A DNA stretch of 63,967 nucleotides, filler included, from Saprolegnia diclina VS20 (taxonomy: Eukaryota): NCBI RefSeq assembly GCF_000281045.1. It is 6 parts of 3 records of this genome, joined end to end, with 100 filler letters (N's around TTAATTAATTAA, not from the genome) between each part and the next. Parts side by side here need not be neighbours in the genome. Positions count along the whole stretch, not along the records: positions 1 to 15,059 come from NW_008246144.1; 5 more parts are not named here. One strand, written 5' to 3'. Positions 1 through 13,227 of this stretch are shown here, piece after piece; the stretch's first letter is position 1; each line of letters opens with the position of its first letter. The translations under genes were made by a program, and so were the position numbers. The notes beneath the pieces are model-generated. The model was not told where the DNA came from. It searched no databases and saw nothing but the letters and a program-made list of their open reading frames with translations.

Positions 1-471
1 CGAGTGAGCTCCACTGCGACGATACCCAAACGTTTACATGGTAGGGCGACTCGCCCGCGTGCTGCTACACAAGAGGCGATGAATCCGTCGCGACAAGCAT
101 CGAATTCGAGTACGTACTTGAGCGTGTTTGGCAACAGGAGCTGGGAGAGGTCGAGGTACCCGCCGCCGCAATCAAACCCGCTAGCCGAGTCGATGAGTGC
201 GGACTGGACAATGGCGTGAAGACTACAGCGTCGCGTTGGCGTAGTTGGTGACATTGCCGACAGCAGCGAACGAGTAGTTGGCCGTGTGGGTCGCACTCGA
301 ATCCGTCTGATCTGTCGACAGAGTTCCCACCAGAGCGTAGTAGTCGTAGTTGCGCAGGACGCACTGCTTGTTGAGCAAGCACACAGGCGCCGTCGGTGGG
401 CAGTTGTCGTCGGCTGCGAGAATCGCCGCATCCTCGGCGATCGCTAGTGAGCTGTACGGACACGGCTTCAT
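1..471 (-). CDS. 5' part of a multi-exon LRR-type receptor-like (probable TKL kinase family) gene, paralog of 1844-3405; runs off the window edge
   Basis: MKPCPYSSLAIAEDAAILAADDNCPPTAPVCLLNKQC aligns with MTGCPYNALAIADDAAILAADDNCPPKSPVCLLNKKC at 3405. Same intron positions (NATL|gtag; GGYLDLS exon). Confidence 0.65.
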
Positions 472-1843
472 GTTGGGTTTGCACTTTGCAGCTGCCTTGC
501 CCGCTTATGGCGCGCACTGTACGTAATATTGACACGGATATAGTGTGCGACATTTCAACTCAGGTGTCGATTGCGTACTCCTGCAATTGGTGTAATAAAG
601 AACTGCTTTTCACATGTGAAAATCAATAAGACACACTATTTGACGCACGTTCGAGCAGACGTTTTCCTTGCTTCCAGCGAGCGCAAGCTGCCGAGCATGC
701 TGCGCTACGAGCTGTAATCTGGGGCGACGCTGGCGGGCGACGCTGGATCCAAAGTAGCAGTCGGTCGCCGCACCAAGGTCATCGTTTTGGCAATTTGATA
801 GCGAATGAAGAAGCAGGAAATTGTTAGTCTCTACGTTTGCAAAATCTCGTAAATGAAGATAACGCAAAAGACGTTTATGTATATCAGCCACATAGTGATG
901 TCCAAGGACTTATTNNNNNNNNNNNNNNNNNNNNNNNNNNNNNNNNNNNNNNNNNNNNNNNNNNNNNNNNNNNNNNNNNNNNNNNNNNNNNNNNNNNNNN
1001 NNNNNNNNNNNNNNNNNNNNNNNNNNNNNNNNNNNNNNNNNNNNNNNNNNNNNNNNNNNNNNNNNNNNNNNNNNNNNNNNNNNNNNNNNNNNNNNNNNNN
1101 NNNNNNNNNNNNNNNNNNNNNNNNNNNNNNNNNNNNNNNNNNNNNNNNNNNNNNNNNNNNNNNNNNNNNNNNNNNNNNNNNNNNNNNNNNNNNNNNNNNN
1201 NNNNNNNNNNNNNNNNNNNNNNNNNNNNNNNNNNNNNNNNNNNNNNNNNNNNNNNNNNNNNNNNNNNNNNNNNNNNNNNNNNNNNNNNNNNNNNNNNNNN
1301 NNNNNNNNNNNNNNNNNNNNNNNNNNNNNNNNNNNNNNNNNNNNNNNNNNNNNNNNNNNNNNNNNNNNNNNNNNNNNNNNNNNNNNNNNNNNNNNNNNNN
1401 NNNNNNNNNNNNNNNNNNNNNNNNNNNNNNNNNNNNNNNNNNNNNNNNNNNNNNNNNNNNNNNNNNNNNNNNNNNNNNNNNNNNNNNNNNNNNNNNNNNN
1501 NNNNNNNNNNNNNNNNNNNNNNNNNNNNNNNNNNNNNNNNNNNNNNNNNNNNNNNNNNNNNNNNNNNNNNNNNNNNNNNNNNNNNNNNNNNNNNNNNNNN
1601 NNNNNNNNNNNNNNNNNNNNNNNNNNNNNNNNNNNNNNNNNNNNNNNNNNNNNNNNNNNNNNNNNNNNNNNNNNNNNNNNNNNNNNNNNNNNNNNNNNNN
1701 NNNNNNNNNNNNNNNNNNNNNNNNNNNNNNNNNNNNNNNNNNNNNNNNNNNNNNNNNNNNNNNNNNNNNNNNNNNNNNNNNNNNNNNNNNNNNNNNNNNN
1801 NNNNNNNNNNNNNNNNNNNNNNNNNNNNNNNNNNNNNNNNNNN

Positions 1844-3405
1844 GAGGTCGCGGCTGGGAATTCGAATAGGTTCGAACGCGTCGAGTTCGGTGGCGAGTCC
1901 GTCCGAGGGCTCGGTCCACGCTACTCGTTGCAGCACAGGATCATACACTATTACCCGAAGCGATATAGACAATATTGGGTACCTCGTCGGCGCCAGCGCT
2001 TGTACAATACACCGAGAAGCGCGATGAGAGCGATTACGGCGGCCGTAATCACCCACGTCGTGTTATCTATGCGTTCAAATTGAGCGATTTGAGTGTAGTT
2101 GTTCGACACTGACTCGTCGTCGGCGGCGCTTTGCCGTTGGGCGACCCCATGACACAGACCTTCCACGTGCTGCTGGCATCAACCGACCAGAGCGGCTTGA
2201 GCGCGGCATTTTCGATGGCATCACAGAAAGTACTACTGCGGACGACGCCGGAGATGGACGCGGTATCCAGCGTGGACGTGTTGGACGCGGTCGGCGTCAG
2301 GCGCCGCAGCGCCAAGTACGTTGTTTCGTCCATGATCCAGTCGGTCAGTGCGGTCGCCGTCGCACCGCTAATCTTGACTCTAAGCTCTTAGACGCATAAG
2401 AGCGTGACGCACACGTATTCGATGGCGTTGGTCAGTTGAACGTGCTTGATGGTCTGAAGCGCGCTGTTGCCGCCGAGCTCCCTAGTCGTCACGTCATATC
2501 GCAGTAGCAAAAGCAGAGTTTGTACAGGTAATTAAGAGCCGGCCACGTCATATCTTGAATCGACGTAAGGGCATTGGCGCGAAGATCCCTAGGTTGAAAA
2601 CGACGTAGGCGCCTTTTTGCGAGGAAGCGGGATACAGATACGTCAATGGAACTGTCCGCAGCTTGGAGATGTCTTGAATGTGATTGCTACTTAGTCGTCT
2701 ACGAACCATAGTCGTTAGTAGGTCGCTGTAGGCAAGCACGAATACAGCGTGCGAAGGCCCTGCGGCAGGTTCGGGGGCAACGCGCTCAGCTGGTTGTCAA
2801 TGAGAGACCTGCCGGTCGAACGTAAAGACGGGATGCAAGCCATTCAAGGTGGTGTACAAAGTCTCGAGGTTGGTGGGCCACTTGATCTCTGCGGAGAGCG
2901 ACCGCAGCTTGCACCGGTGCAGGGCTCTAGCTGCCAGTGAGCACTTCTCAATCATTACTGGCGTGTACATGGTGGGCCGGTTGAGCCGCGTGGTGCTACT
3001 CGAATGGCAGAATGATACAATGAACGGTATCAGAGGCATGCCACGTACGTGAATTTGGCTGGAAAGAGGAGCGTGCTGAGATCGAGGTACCCGCCAGCGC
3101 AGTCGACGCCTCTAGAAGCCACCACATTATGAAATGTCGAAGGGTGGTCGCACGAGCTACAGCGTAGCGTTGGGGTAGTTGGCGAGGTTGCCAACGGCGG
3201 CGAACGGGTAGAAGGACACGAGTGGCAACGTCATCCCGGTCAGGTCCTTGGTCAAGGTCGACAGCAGTGTTTTGCAGTCGGCGTTGAGGAGAACGCACTT
3301 TTTGTTGAGCAAGCAGACTGGCGACTTTGGTGGGCAGTTGTCGTCGGCCGCGAGGATGGCCGCGTCGTCGGCGATCGCCAGCGCATTATACGGGCAGCCA
3401 GTCAT
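1844..3405 (-). CDS. Multi-exon receptor-like protein: Cys-rich N-terminus, LRR-like short exons and one TM helix; cytoplasmic (probable kinase) part lost in the gap 915-1843
   Basis: GT-AG spliced exons give an LRR-like segment (WPTNLETL). TM WVITAAVIALIALLGVLY followed by KRWRRR, then juxtamembrane DGLATELDAFEPIRIPSRDL at the gap edge. The kinase domain is inferred, not seen. Confidence 0.65.
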
Positions 3406-3634
3406 ACGAAGTACCAGGGCGCACCGCTTCGCTTCCTTGTCCAGGACCTTGCCACCTTGCACAGGCTGTATTGACACCGATACGTAATCACAGTAAATTA
3501 GTGTATGTGTCACACTCCCCATATAGTCTTAAAACATGAAATCGTGTTATGATGAGGAGGAGGATTCTTGAATTAGTGTAATAAACACGTGTGTTTTCCA
3601 CGTGAAAAAGGACAACGCGGTGGATCCAGCAATA

Positions 3635-4441
3635 ATGTGGCAGTTGCCACCGGCTGCCACGATGCGCCAGCGCTTCCTGAGCTTCCTCGCGTCGACCGAG
3701 CCGGCGCCCAAGCCGCGCGGCAGCCATCTCCGGCCGCCGTCGGCGTCGCTTGCGGCGAGCGCGACCATGAGCCGCAACCAGGTCGTGATCAAGGCGACGC
3801 CGGTCGGGCCCGCCGAGGCCCACTACACACAGTACACGATCATCTGCTCGCAGCCGGGCTCGTACCAATGGTGGGTCGCGTTCCGGCGCTACTCGGAGTT
3901 TGTGACGTTCCGCAAGCAGTGCAGCAAAGCACTCAAGGGCGTCCAGAAGAGCGACCACGCGCAGGCGCTATCACCATTTACGGACTCGCTCGTCGCCCTA
4001 GGGCGCTGTCCGTTCCCGCCGAAGCACTTCATCGTTGACGACGCCGAGATCCTCGCCGAGCGAAAGGCCGGCTTGGCCATCTTTGTCGAGCACGTGCTCT
4101 CGAGCTACGACGACGCCCGACGGCTCGTGACGATGCTTGGCGTCGCCCAGAGAGGTCTCGTCGAGGCGTGGCTACGCCTGGCGACCGCCTTCCTGGTCGT
4201 GCCACCAGATGCACGCACGTCGCGCCGCCGCCACACGACACTCTGCGCCGCGGATGCTGTCTGCTCGATCTGCCTCGGGAGCATTGACGACAAGGGCGAC
4301 GACGATAAGCGGAGCGCCGGCGCGGTCTTTGAGACCAAGTGCCACCACCATTACCACCGCAAGTGCATCTTGCCGTGGCTCGAGAAGACGCAGACGTGCC
4401 CCATGTGCCGCCACCGCGTCGTCTCCGGGCGCTGGTACTGA
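3635..4441 (+). CDS. PX-domain + RING-H2 finger protein (putative E3 ligase)
   Basis: PX motifs YTQYTI, RRYSEF, FPPKH, ERKAGL. RING-H2 CSICLG...CHHHYHRKCILPWLEKTQTCPMCR. First ATG used as start. Confidence 0.85.
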   Translation: MWQLPPAATMRQRFLSFLASTEPAPKPRGSHLRPPSASLAASATMSRNQVVIKATPVGPAEAHYTQYTIICSQPGSYQWWVAFRRYSEFVTFRKQCSKALKGVQKSDHAQALSPFTDSLVALGRCPFPPKHFIVDDAEILAERKAGLAIFVEHVLSSYDDARRLVTMLGVAQRGLVEAWLRLATAFLVVPPDARTSRRRHTTLCAADAVCSICLGSIDDKGDDDKRSAGAVFETKCHHHYHRKCILPWLEKTQTCPMCRHRVVSGRWY

Positions 4442-6785
4442 CTTATCGATTTGTGAATGTTTTTTGTATTTATTCGGGGCGGGTGTCGCTGCACGTGGGG
4501 TGGTGGACGCTCGCCATGCACAGAGGTCGAGCTCGCTTCATCGACACGCCTCCTTGTCCTAGTCACGACACTGCGGAGTGCGATCATGGTGCACCAAATA
4601 CCCTTGAAAAGCAAGAGGTTGCAATGGCACCAACAGAACAACACCTCGATGACGCCAAGGTCCTCCTTGGTGCAAAGCTGCAAGAGCAACAACAGACAAC
4701 GTTGTCGTCCGCACCAAAGACGCCTCTGCCGCTCTAACGTCTGTGGGTCTCTTCTGCATCTGTCGAGAGATCTAGCCGAGGGATGCGGGGCGAAGGAGCA
4801 AAGACGATGATGGGCTTGTCCTTCCGTGGCTGTGCACGGGCGGCGAGAGACACGTGCGTACGTAGTTATCGATCGACACCTCGTCGTTCTTTCTCTTTTG
4901 GTCGACGACGCGCTTCGTGCCGACGACGTTTTTCTCGGCCCAGCTGCCTTGTCTAATTGTTCTCTGGCCGTGGAAATATTGTCTTGTTCCGTTATCGCAG
5001 CTGCCAGAATAACAAGAAAGGTAAGCCGAGGTGCTACGGAGTAGAAGGGCGATGCAAAGGCATATTGCCAGACAAGAACGAGACTAGAACTAGACTAGAA
5101 ATGCCAGACACGGCGTTGTCGGTGGAGGTCCACGCAATGTTGGGAACCAGAACCAGACGACGTACGGTCGTATCAGAAGCCGAACGGAAAGGGCAATCTG
5201 GGAAATGGCGTTCTCGGGAAGATCGCGAACGTCAAAGGACCAGAAGAGCCTAAATCCTTGCCGGAACGAATCGATATCACAACGTTCAGCGGCACAGCAC
5301 CATGCTACCAACGCATTGGTGGTGGCGTCACAATGGCGACAAGCGTGACGACCGGCAAAGCAGCAGCTCCATGGTTGCGGTGCCTCCTGCTGACCATTGC
5401 CGTCTCCAGGATACTTCGGACCATGCGGTCGGTCAGCAAATTTCGAATATCAGCGCGGCCGCTGGCTTTCTTCCATCGCATGTTTGGGAACTTCAAAATC
5501 AAAAGCGAATTTCTTTTCACCGATTTGCCACTTTGGCGCCCCTCTTTAGCGCCTTGAAGCCCACGCGTTGGTGCGCCTGCATTTCCCGTCGCATCACCAC
5601 CTTGCACGTGCGGACCACGTCACGTAGCCATTTTTGTATGTGTTTATGTATCCAGATTCCAGCTTTGGTCACTCCTCACGGCGTCGTGTCAACACAAGTT
5701 GTGATAAAAACGATCCCAGATACCATAACATCACAGTGCCATTAAACCCTACAAGCTTTGGCGTCGAAGACACGCCCCCTCCGCCTGCCTCACCTGCGCC
5801 CGTTGCGAGCAAAGCGACGAACGACGCACCGCATTATCTACGCCTCGTTCAACCGCGACGACGTTGCCATTGATGACGTGGCCGAATACTAGGACCTTGG
5901 CTAGTATCCCTCCCCAACTTCAAGCGTGTGGTCGTTGTGCAAAAACCAAAGCTCCGAGGATGCATGTAACGTCAAACACTGCGGCCACCGATCTACCAGG
6001 TCGTGGCGCCGTTGACGAAGTCGGTCGATAACGCTACAAACAGCAGGAGTCGAGCGCAGCGTTCCGGCCAGACAAGGGGATCCAAAAAAGTGTGATTTAT
6101 TCTGGACACACGTCTGGTGCATGTTGAAAATTAGCCCAGTCTGGACACCAAAATATTGATTGACGACCTCGTCGTACCACAACTGTGCGATAAGTACTGA
6201 CTGGTATGTGGACACCCTCGCTAAAAACGCACTCCGTTTTACGTCTCTGTGACACACAAGTGGTCATTTCTATGTGGGAGCACCAACTCTGTGGCATCTT
6301 CTCTGATGCTTCAAGCTTTTCGTGATGGACCCCACTTCGTTGGGCGCCTCGAAGGAAAATGAAGCTGCCTGCAGGTGCACTCTGTCGGGTTTCATTGGCT
6401 TGCACGCCGCCACCCATACGTGCGATTCTTGAGGGAGTCGGTGCCAACTGCGCGGCGATAACGTCGCTGGCACTGCAGAGACAATCATCGAGTGTGCAAG
6501 GGGCTGCGATCACTTTGCACTGGTTTCAAGATGGTCAGCAAGCAATGCTCTGACGAACGACACGCTGCAAGTCGAGGCAAAAGGCCAGCAGCCGTCTGTC
6601 TCGCGCGTCCAGCGTGCACCTTCGACGAACGCGCGAGGTAGCGTCGTCGCGGCAAGGTTGAAGCTGGCTGTTTTTCTGGTCCTGTGCAACTGCGTTTCTT
6701 CAACGTGCAACTTCGAACCAATCGAAGTTCGAAGCCAATAAGCCCATCGTGATTGCCCAAGCCATTCTCACACTTGCCTCCAACC

Positions 6786-7580
6786 ATGAAGCAACCGTCG
6801 CTCCTCTCGTCGCTCTTTGCGGGCCTCGACCAGCCCTTCCGCGCGCACCTCAAGGCGCCAACGTCAGCGTACGTTCACATCCACGCAGAGATCGTGGCCA
6901 CGTCGCCCAAGTCGAGCTACACGCAGTACACGATCGAGCTCACCAACCCGATCACCAACTCGTGGCGTCGCGTGACCAAGCGGTACTCCGAGTGCTACCG
7001 CTTCCGCAAGTCGCTCATGCGCATGTACTACTCGATCCGCCGCGACGCCGAGATGGCGCCGCTCGCCGAGCTCCTCCAGCGCCTCTGCCTCACGCCGTTC
7101 CCAAAGCGGTACTTTGAATCGGACGACGCCTTTGTGCGCATGGAGCGAACGCAAGGCCTCACGCTCTTCTTCGACATGCTGTTTGCGCTCTGGAAGGACG
7201 GCCTCCGCCTCATCACACAGACCGAAGTCCACTGCATCCTCGCGAAATGGACGTTCATCGAGGCGATGCTGGAAGCGTTCCTGGACCAGAGCTTGCACCA
7301 CAAGGCGCCGACCAACCTCGACGACGCGTGCGCGATTTGCCTCGGCGACTTTGAAGACACGGTGTTCCAGCTGCGCTGCGGCCACTGCTTCCACCGCGAC
7401 TGCGCCCTGCATTGGCTCGTCGAACACGCGACGTGTCCGCTCTGCCGCCAGACGTGCAACGCCGGCGACGTCCTTAGCGTGTCGGCCATGCAGCCGCTCC
7501 TCCGCACCACGTCGACGATCGCCGCGCCCGCTGCTCGGCACCACATGCCGTCCCGCGCGGTCTCGTGCATAGCGTTCTAG
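6786..7580 (+). CDS. PX-domain + RING-H2 finger protein, paralog of 3635-4441
   Basis: YTQYTIE, KRYSEC, PFPKR, ERTQGL. RING CAICLGD...CGHCFHRDCALHWLVEHATCPLCR. Confidence 0.85.
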   Translation: MKQPSLLSSLFAGLDQPFRAHLKAPTSAYVHIHAEIVATSPKSSYTQYTIELTNPITNSWRRVTKRYSECYRFRKSLMRMYYSIRRDAEMAPLAELLQRLCLTPFPKRYFESDDAFVRMERTQGLTLFFDMLFALWKDGLRLITQTEVHCILAKWTFIEAMLEAFLDQSLHHKAPTNLDDACAICLGDFEDTVFQLRCGHCFHRDCALHWLVEHATCPLCRQTCNAGDVLSVSAMQPLLRTTSTIAAPAARHHMPSRAVSCIAF

Positions 7581-8079
7581 GATATATCGCAACATCCATA
7601 TTTACTATCTCTTCCGTCCATTCCTCTTCTTGACTGCTGCTTGTCCTCGCGACTTACCTTGCAAGAGTACCTAGTACTTTCGAGCCTCTTCCTCTGCCAG
7701 TCTTGCTACATTGCACTTGCTACCGTACTGGCGATCTTTGAGCGTTTGACAAGCGTTCCAAAGTCCACCCGTTATAACACCTAGCGTCATCGGGCTACTC
7801 GCGGCAGCCATGTTGACTCGGATGGCTGCGCATACACGAGCACTGGACAATGCACAGTACTCGACCGTCCACCATCGACGCTGCACTCGCGACGCCAGGC
7901 GTGGGACATACTAGTATCCGTGCGCTATCTTTGCACCGTTCGTTATAACATATTCTAACACTGTGCAGCAGCGATCCGAAAACAACAGATGCTTATTTCG
8001 GCACAACAAGGATGACACCTTGTTTTAGGACAAGACTAGGACCATTTCCCCTTTGCCTCGCTGACCGCAGACCGCCAGC

Positions 8080-8278
8080 ATGCTCGAGCTCAGCTATGAG
8101 ATGACGCTCCTCGTGACCTTCCTCGTGGGCATGCACGTCCTCGCGCTCGTACGCTCCATGGCCGCTTCCTCCATCCTCCACCTCATGCTTCTCCTGCATG
8201 TAGGTCTTCTGGGCCTCGAGCGCGATCGCCGAGGGCAACGCGCGCAAGCGCCAGCTCGACGACAAGAAGCTCCGCTAG
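8080..8278 (+). CDS. 47-aa single-TM microprotein (exons 8080-8148 and 8204-8278)
   Basis: Removing intron 8149-8203 (gtacgc...tgtag) gives MLELSYEMTLLVTFLVGMHVLALVFWASSAIAEGNARKRQLDDKKLR*, with GC3-rich codons. Confidence 0.65.
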
Positions 8279-8349
8279 ACACCATCTTCTCATGGATTCC
8301 TCTTCGTTGTCATCATCATATACACATGCAATGTCCATGCGACTCTTCT

Positions 8350-11300
8350 CTAGTCCTTGAAGAAGATGCGCGCGCCGTTGAGCGACCAGTTGAGAAGATC
8401 AAACTCGCGGCGATGGAGCTCAATGCGCTTGGCCGTGAGCTGGAGCGTGTGGACCTCCTCTTCGTCGTCAATGAGCTCGGCCGTCGTCTCCTTCTTGTTC
8501 TTGGCGGCCGCCTCCGTCTTGCGCGCGTCGCGCTCGGCCTGCTTGGCGTTGTACGACGCTTCGTCCGCCTCGTACTTGCGCTCGACCTCTTCAAACCAGT
8601 GGAGCGCGTCAAAGGCCTACCCATGAGCATCATAGCACCGCGTCCATGCACATGAGAGCATGCTGCTGTCTACCTCGCCTTGGTTGAGGACCGCGAGAAA
8701 GTACGCGATCCCGATCGCAAAGCCGTCGTCGGTGAAGTACGACTCGCGCCGGCGCGTGTTCTTGTACATGAGGTCCTTGGCCTGCACCGACGTCTCGATG
8801 AAGTTGATGGTGAGCGCCGGAATGATCTGGTAGAAGAGCGCGAGGTGCTTTTGCTCGTCGGGCGATATCGCCTCCTGGAAGACTTGGACGAGCACCTTGA
8901 AGTAGTTGTTGTCCTCGCTGAAGTTCTTCGAGAGGTTGAAGAGCGCCGTGTCGAGGTTCGAAGCGGCGACCACCGTCTCGCTCGATAGCATCGGGTCCTG
9001 GACAACGGGCGCAAACTCAAAGTTGCGCTGGTTGAGGTCCGGCACAAACTTGATCGCGTTGCTGAAGACCACACCCCTGCCGTTAGACATTCCTCAAGAT
9101 GATGATGGACGATACCTGCAGTAGTTCATGCCCGCCGAGCGCACCATGCGCACGTACCCGAGCGCGTTGCCAATCTCGGTGATGAGGATGCGGTACTGGT
9201 CAAGGAAGGTACGACCCGCGTCCGAGACGCCGAGCTGGCGAATCTCTACGCAAAAATACACAAAATATGCGAAACATCCGCGCCAAAGGTGCAAACCCTT
9301 GTTGAACTCGAACGCGCGCGAGTACGGGTACTTGTGGTCGACGTCCGCGTCGTCCTTGTGGCTCTTGTACCAGCGCAGCTCGCGCTTGAGGAAGCTCTTG
9401 ATGTAGTCGTCAAAGAGGAACTGCGAGAAAATGTCCATCTTCTTGCTCAGAAACTGGTACGTAAAGTTGACGGTCGTGTTCATGATGCCCATGCCGTGCG
9501 TCCGGATCGACGACGCAATGCTGTGGATCGAAATCCCGTTCAGGTGGCGCGACCCCTTGTCCGAACGGCGCTCGAGAAAGAACTGCTGGTTCAAATTGTA
9601 GTTGTACCTAGTTCCACATTAGAATTGCCAGATTCTAAAAGCACGAGTTATGTACCGCGCCACAAAGATGTGGATGTTGCGCATGATCTGGAGAATGTCC
9701 AGACCTTGGTCCAAAGACCCCATCGGAAGATGGTTCTCGGCCAGCTGGAGACCGTACTTGTCGTTGGCGAGCTGCCGCATTTCGCCATACCTAACCCCAA
9801 CAATTGTCGCAAAAGTTGGAAAATAGTGTAAAAAACAAACGTCTTCCAGTCGTGGAGCGCGACGGTCGTGAGATTGTAGAACGTCGACTCGAGGTAGTGC
9901 GTCACACGGTCGCGCAAATCGAGCTCTTTGCCCCAGAGACGCAGCGGGCGCAAGTCCATAAAGTAATGGAGCACCTAGTCCATGGCGACAATTGATACCA
10001 ACTTGATACCAAACCCACTTTAAAAACATACCTTGAAGTCGGTGTGCGTGAGCGGGTTTGGTGCTTGCATGTGGTCCAGATGCACCGAGTGAATATGCAG
10101 GCGGAGGTCGTTCTCAATGTCCATGCAGAGTGGCGCGACCAGCTCTTCTTCGACGACGCCCTCGATAAACTTGGCGTACGCGGCCACGTACCCCGCCGTG
10201 TCGACTTCGTGTTGCGCGCCTTGGAGCGACTTCATCGCGTCCAGAAACCCACCAACCTACAAAGTATCAATCTATCAATATACACAACTCGTCGATCGAA
10301 CAGGACGTACGACGTATTGGAGGCGCGACGCTTGCTCGGGCATCGAGTAAATGTCTTGGACAAAGAGATGCAAGAGCTCGCGGCTCCAGTACAAGAACGA
10401 GCAGTCGCACGCAACGCGGATCTTGCGCTGAAAGTCGCTCAGCACGTGCATCTTCCAGAGGTGCTTGAGCGCTTCGATCGGGTTGACAGCGGGCGTCGCC
10501 GGCTTTTTCGCATCGCTGCCGGTCTCGACCACGTCGGGAATGAGCGCAATCTGCAGCGCCAGCGACAAGACCTATACATCCAAGCATAAGCCTCGGATTC
10601 AACTTGAAAGTAAAAGACCGTCAAGCGGGTGTACGAGAAGGATTCGCCTAATTGTACAGTTGAGCCATCGAATTACCAAACAATGGCAGTGGTTACCCGA
10701 GTGCAAGAGCTCCTCGACGACCGAGACGGCCGCGAGCACGTCGAGCTTGGTGTCGTCAAAGCGCTTGCTCGCTTCGAGCCGCGCCTTGATGGGCCGGAAG
10801 AAGAGCGTGAGCGCATGCGCCACTTGACTAGACCACAGCACTAAGTCCACGTCGTACAAGACAATTGTGTTGTTGTACCGCAGAACCAGCGCGGCGCTTT
10901 CGGCCAAAATCGGGTTCTTGCGCGCCATCATAAACTCGATCGCTTTCGTCATCTCGATACATTGATACAACGGGCGCACAATGCGCTTCGGCATCGGAAT
11001 CTTGAGCAGCAAGTGCAGTTGCACGAGTGTCTGCATCATGGTCTGCACGCGCCGCGCGAGAATGAGACCCTTGACGATGAGGTTGCCGCGAATCCTAGTC
11101 CAAAAATATCAATATATCAACCCGCGATACACAAAAGACACTGTACCCGAGAACGCGTGCCGTGTCCCCCGAGCCGCGGGTTGTCCACTGAAAGAACGAC
11201 TCGAAACGGACGAGCCACGCGCGGACTTCCATCTGCACGAAATGTACATCGTCCGCAAACGTCTCGTCCATACGCAGTAGGTACTGCTTGCGCGCGTCGA

Positions 11301-13227
11301 GCACGTCGATGGCGGGGCCGTTCTTGGCTTGAAGCGGTGCGTACTTGAGAAGAAACTCGGGGAGGCACCAGTTGAGGCGCCCACAGAGCACGACGATCGG
11401 CGCCTTGAGCTGGCAGCTCCAAAGCTTCTCGTAGAGCGCTGCGTCCGGAAGCACATTCGGCGGCATGAGCTTGCGAAACATCACGTACAAGCCCGTGGTA
11501 CCCACGAGCTGCGTGCGCTCGTACGTCTCCGCCGGCGTGCCGAGCGCCGCCTCGATCGACTGGATGCGCGTGCTGAGGCAGTGGAAAAACTCGTCGAGGA
11601 AGACGCGGTTGTTGCGCACGTCGATCGTCTTGGCCTGCGCAGCGTCGTCGTCCTCGTCCTCCTCGTCCTCCTCGTCTTCGCTGTCTTCAAACGACAGGAG
11701 CGTCTCAAAGTCCTGCTCAATGCACGTCTGGAAGCACTTGGCCCCTACGTCGACATGAGTACGCGCAACAAATGATGAAAATTGTGGAAAACCAGGAAAA
11801 ACCAGGAAAACCATGAAAAAATAGTGCAAAAAGCACGAAAAATGGAGGAAAATAGAGGCGATACCGTACCCATAAAGGTCTGATCGAGGTTGACGAGGAG
11901 CTGCTCGAACGACTTGACCTTCTCGAGCGTCACGTTGTAGCGCGCGGGGTCGGCGCGCACGTACTGCATCATGCGCTTGTACTTGTCCCAGGACGTGACA
12001 ATGTTGGGGTTGTCGAGGACAATCATATCGAGCGTCATGAGAATCTAAATAAAATAAAATAAAATATCGGCGGGAGCGAGGATCGAAGGCAGTACCTCGA
12101 GGAGGTTGGCGAACGCGTCGTAGACCGACGTCAAATGCACGTGCTTGAACGTCGACTTCCATAGCTTTTGGTAGCTCTGGTACAGCGACGCGAGCTGGTG
12201 CACGAGGTTGATCGCGATCAAGCTGCAGCGATCGACAAAGTTGGAGATATCCTGGCAACGATTGTGAGATGCCGAGGATCAAGGTGGTTGCTACGGACTT
12301 GAAAGAAGGGCAGCATGCGACCGATGTGCACTTCGTCCTCGCCGGGCTTGACAGCTGCGTTGTCGCCATGCTTGGCTTGCCCAAACATGATGAGCGCCGG
12401 GTAAAAGTTGTCTTCGACCGTGACCTTGAGCTCCGAGATCTCGTCGCAGAGCACCGCAAAGACCGTGAGCACCTGCAGCCATGATGGTCATGAGGCGGTT
12501 CGAGAAGCAAGGACGATACCTTGTTGAAGAGCTCGTTGTCGGTGCGGATGAGGTCCTGGACGTCGACGCGCTCGGCCGGGTGCAAGTGCATTTGGATCGG
12601 GTCCGCCTACGTCAACATGCGCATGAGGCCTACGTGGAAGCGTGCTGCGAGTGCATACCCAGTAGCCCCACACTTCCGACATGGCGGCCGACAAGGCGTC
12701 TTCAATCTCCTTGAGCTTGGACTAGGACGGGCCATGTGAGTGGTGGAGTTGCACCCGGAACATGATGCTACCGTGTGCTCGTTGACAATGTCGAGGGACT
12801 TTTGCAGCTGCTCGCGGATCGGCTGGTCGTGCACGTCAAAGTCCGCGAACGCCGAGACGAACTGGTAGTCCTCTTCGTCGATCGCGTCCAACTCGGCTTT
12901 TGGGAGGTCCTTGTTGGCCGCAGTACGGAGGCTCTTGGTGCTCACGCGGCTCGACGTGCTGCGCACCGAGGCCTTCGAGTCAGAGCGGTCGCGGTTGCTC
13001 ATCATGGACGCGCGCGAGTCGAAGCGGTCGAGGCGCGTCGAGTCGGCCCACGAGACCCGCGAGTCGAAGCGCGGGCGGTCGTGCTGGCGGTGGCTGGCCT
13101 CGGAGCCCGCGCCGTCGCTATGGTCATCGTCGTCGCTGCGGCGCGAGGCTGAGGCCGAGGCCTTTCGGGCGGGGGCCGGCGCGTCGGCTCCCTCGGCTGC
13201 TGCGTCTCCCTTCGCCTTCTTGGCCAT
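8350..13227 (-). CDS. WASHC4: WASH complex subunit 4 (SWIP/KIAA1033 homolog), multi-exon
   Basis: Conserved segments [95 protein letters not shown]. Ends IFFKD*. Confidence 0.93.

Noticed and set aside
831..2056. Long ORFs spanning N gaps (also 17618-18959 and 57737-59157)
   Set aside because: They are open only because Ns contain no stops.
4560..6700. Short ORFs between the PX-RING genes
   Set aside because: No recognisable motifs or codon bias; cannot support a gene call.
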